64,000 bases of DNA from sequence record MH675927.1; one strand, written 5' to 3'. Within the stretch, counting starts at the first letter, position 1. Every line of letters starts with the position of its first letter. The position numbers and the translations under genes were made by a program. Of the stretch, positions 63,617 through 64,000 are shown in pieces. Source of the DNA: Escherichia phage vB_vPM_PD114. The notes beneath the pieces were generated by a model. That model ran no database searches and had not been told where the DNA came from. It saw only the letters and a list, made by a program, of their open reading frames with translations.

Positions 63617-64000
63617 ATGCCAGCTATTATCTTAGATCAGGTTGTTGACTTTAGCCCAATGATTGAGCTACAAGAAACTCCTGATACACTTATCGCAAGT
63701 CTGAACCTGTTTGATGTTCAGTATCATGCTACCACTGCTATCGAAATTGGCAGACAGAAAAATGCAGATGGTCTGATCCCAGCACGTGAACGTGGTGGTG
63801 AGCGTAACTTCCTGACTATGGACGCTCCAAGCGTTAAAGTCTTCCGTATTCCGTTCTTCCCTCTGGATAAGAACATTAAGGCACAGGATATTCAATCCTT
63901 CCGTAGCTTCGCTATGGGTGGCATCAATGATAACCTGCGTACCGAAGCGGAAGTTGTTAACCGCTATATGACTCAAATCCTGCGTGATGTTGCAAAAACT
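63617..64000 (+). CDS. major capsid protein (N-terminal part, truncated by window end)
   Basis: ORF begins ATG at 63617 after SD taggag and is open to window end; follows scaffold and decoration-like genes. Confidence 0.55.
   Translation, partial: MPAIILDQVVDFSPMIELQETPDTLIASLNLFDVQYHATTAIEIGRQKNADGLIPARERGGERNFLTMDAPSVKVFRIPFFPLDKNIKAQDIQSFRSFAMGGINDNLRTEAEVVNRYMTQILRDVAKT

Noticed and set aside
1-64000. CRISPR arrays
   Set aside because: No array of regularly spaced identical direct repeats with unique spacers was seen; the only repeats are the short direct repeats in 1..747 and promoter and terminator motifs.

Overview
The window reads as a contiguous piece of a large virulent dsDNA phage genome of an enterobacterial host (T4-like lysozyme and RNase H, Felix O1-like gene content); this identification is inference from gene content only. 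Three blocks: (i) 748-12174, + strand, about 37 small early-type ORFs with no recognisable domains, several forming paralogous pairs; (ii) 12350-48137, - strand, a dense metabolism/anti-defence block (SIR2-like protein, C5 and N6 DNA methyltransferases, DprA-like protein, PPP phosphatase, serine recombinase, HslV-like peptidase, PhoH, T4-type lysozyme, glutaredoxin, a complete rmlABCD dTDP-rhamnose pathway, nrdAB split by a homing endonuclease, thyX, tdk, two exonucleases, DNA ligase, and a kinase/RNA-ligase/phosphoesterase RNA-repair cassette); (iii) 48507-64000, + strand, a Prs-like/Nampt-like NAD+ pair, a cluster of about 19 tRNA or tRNA-like genes behind near-consensus sigma70 promoters, Rz/Rz1 spanins, and the start of the packaging/head module. 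The most unusual locus is the terminase large subunit gene, which appears interrupted twice: by a mini-intein in its Walker A loop and by a td-like group I intron carrying an HNH homing endonuclease. Other candidates for new biology are the rml pathway inside the nucleotide module, the SIR2-like module, and several non-canonical tRNA-like genes. All calls are by eye from motifs and the supplied ORF track; no database search or folding program was run. Coordinates of features not in the ORF track (tRNAs, promoters, terminators, small ORFs) may be off by 1-2 nt.
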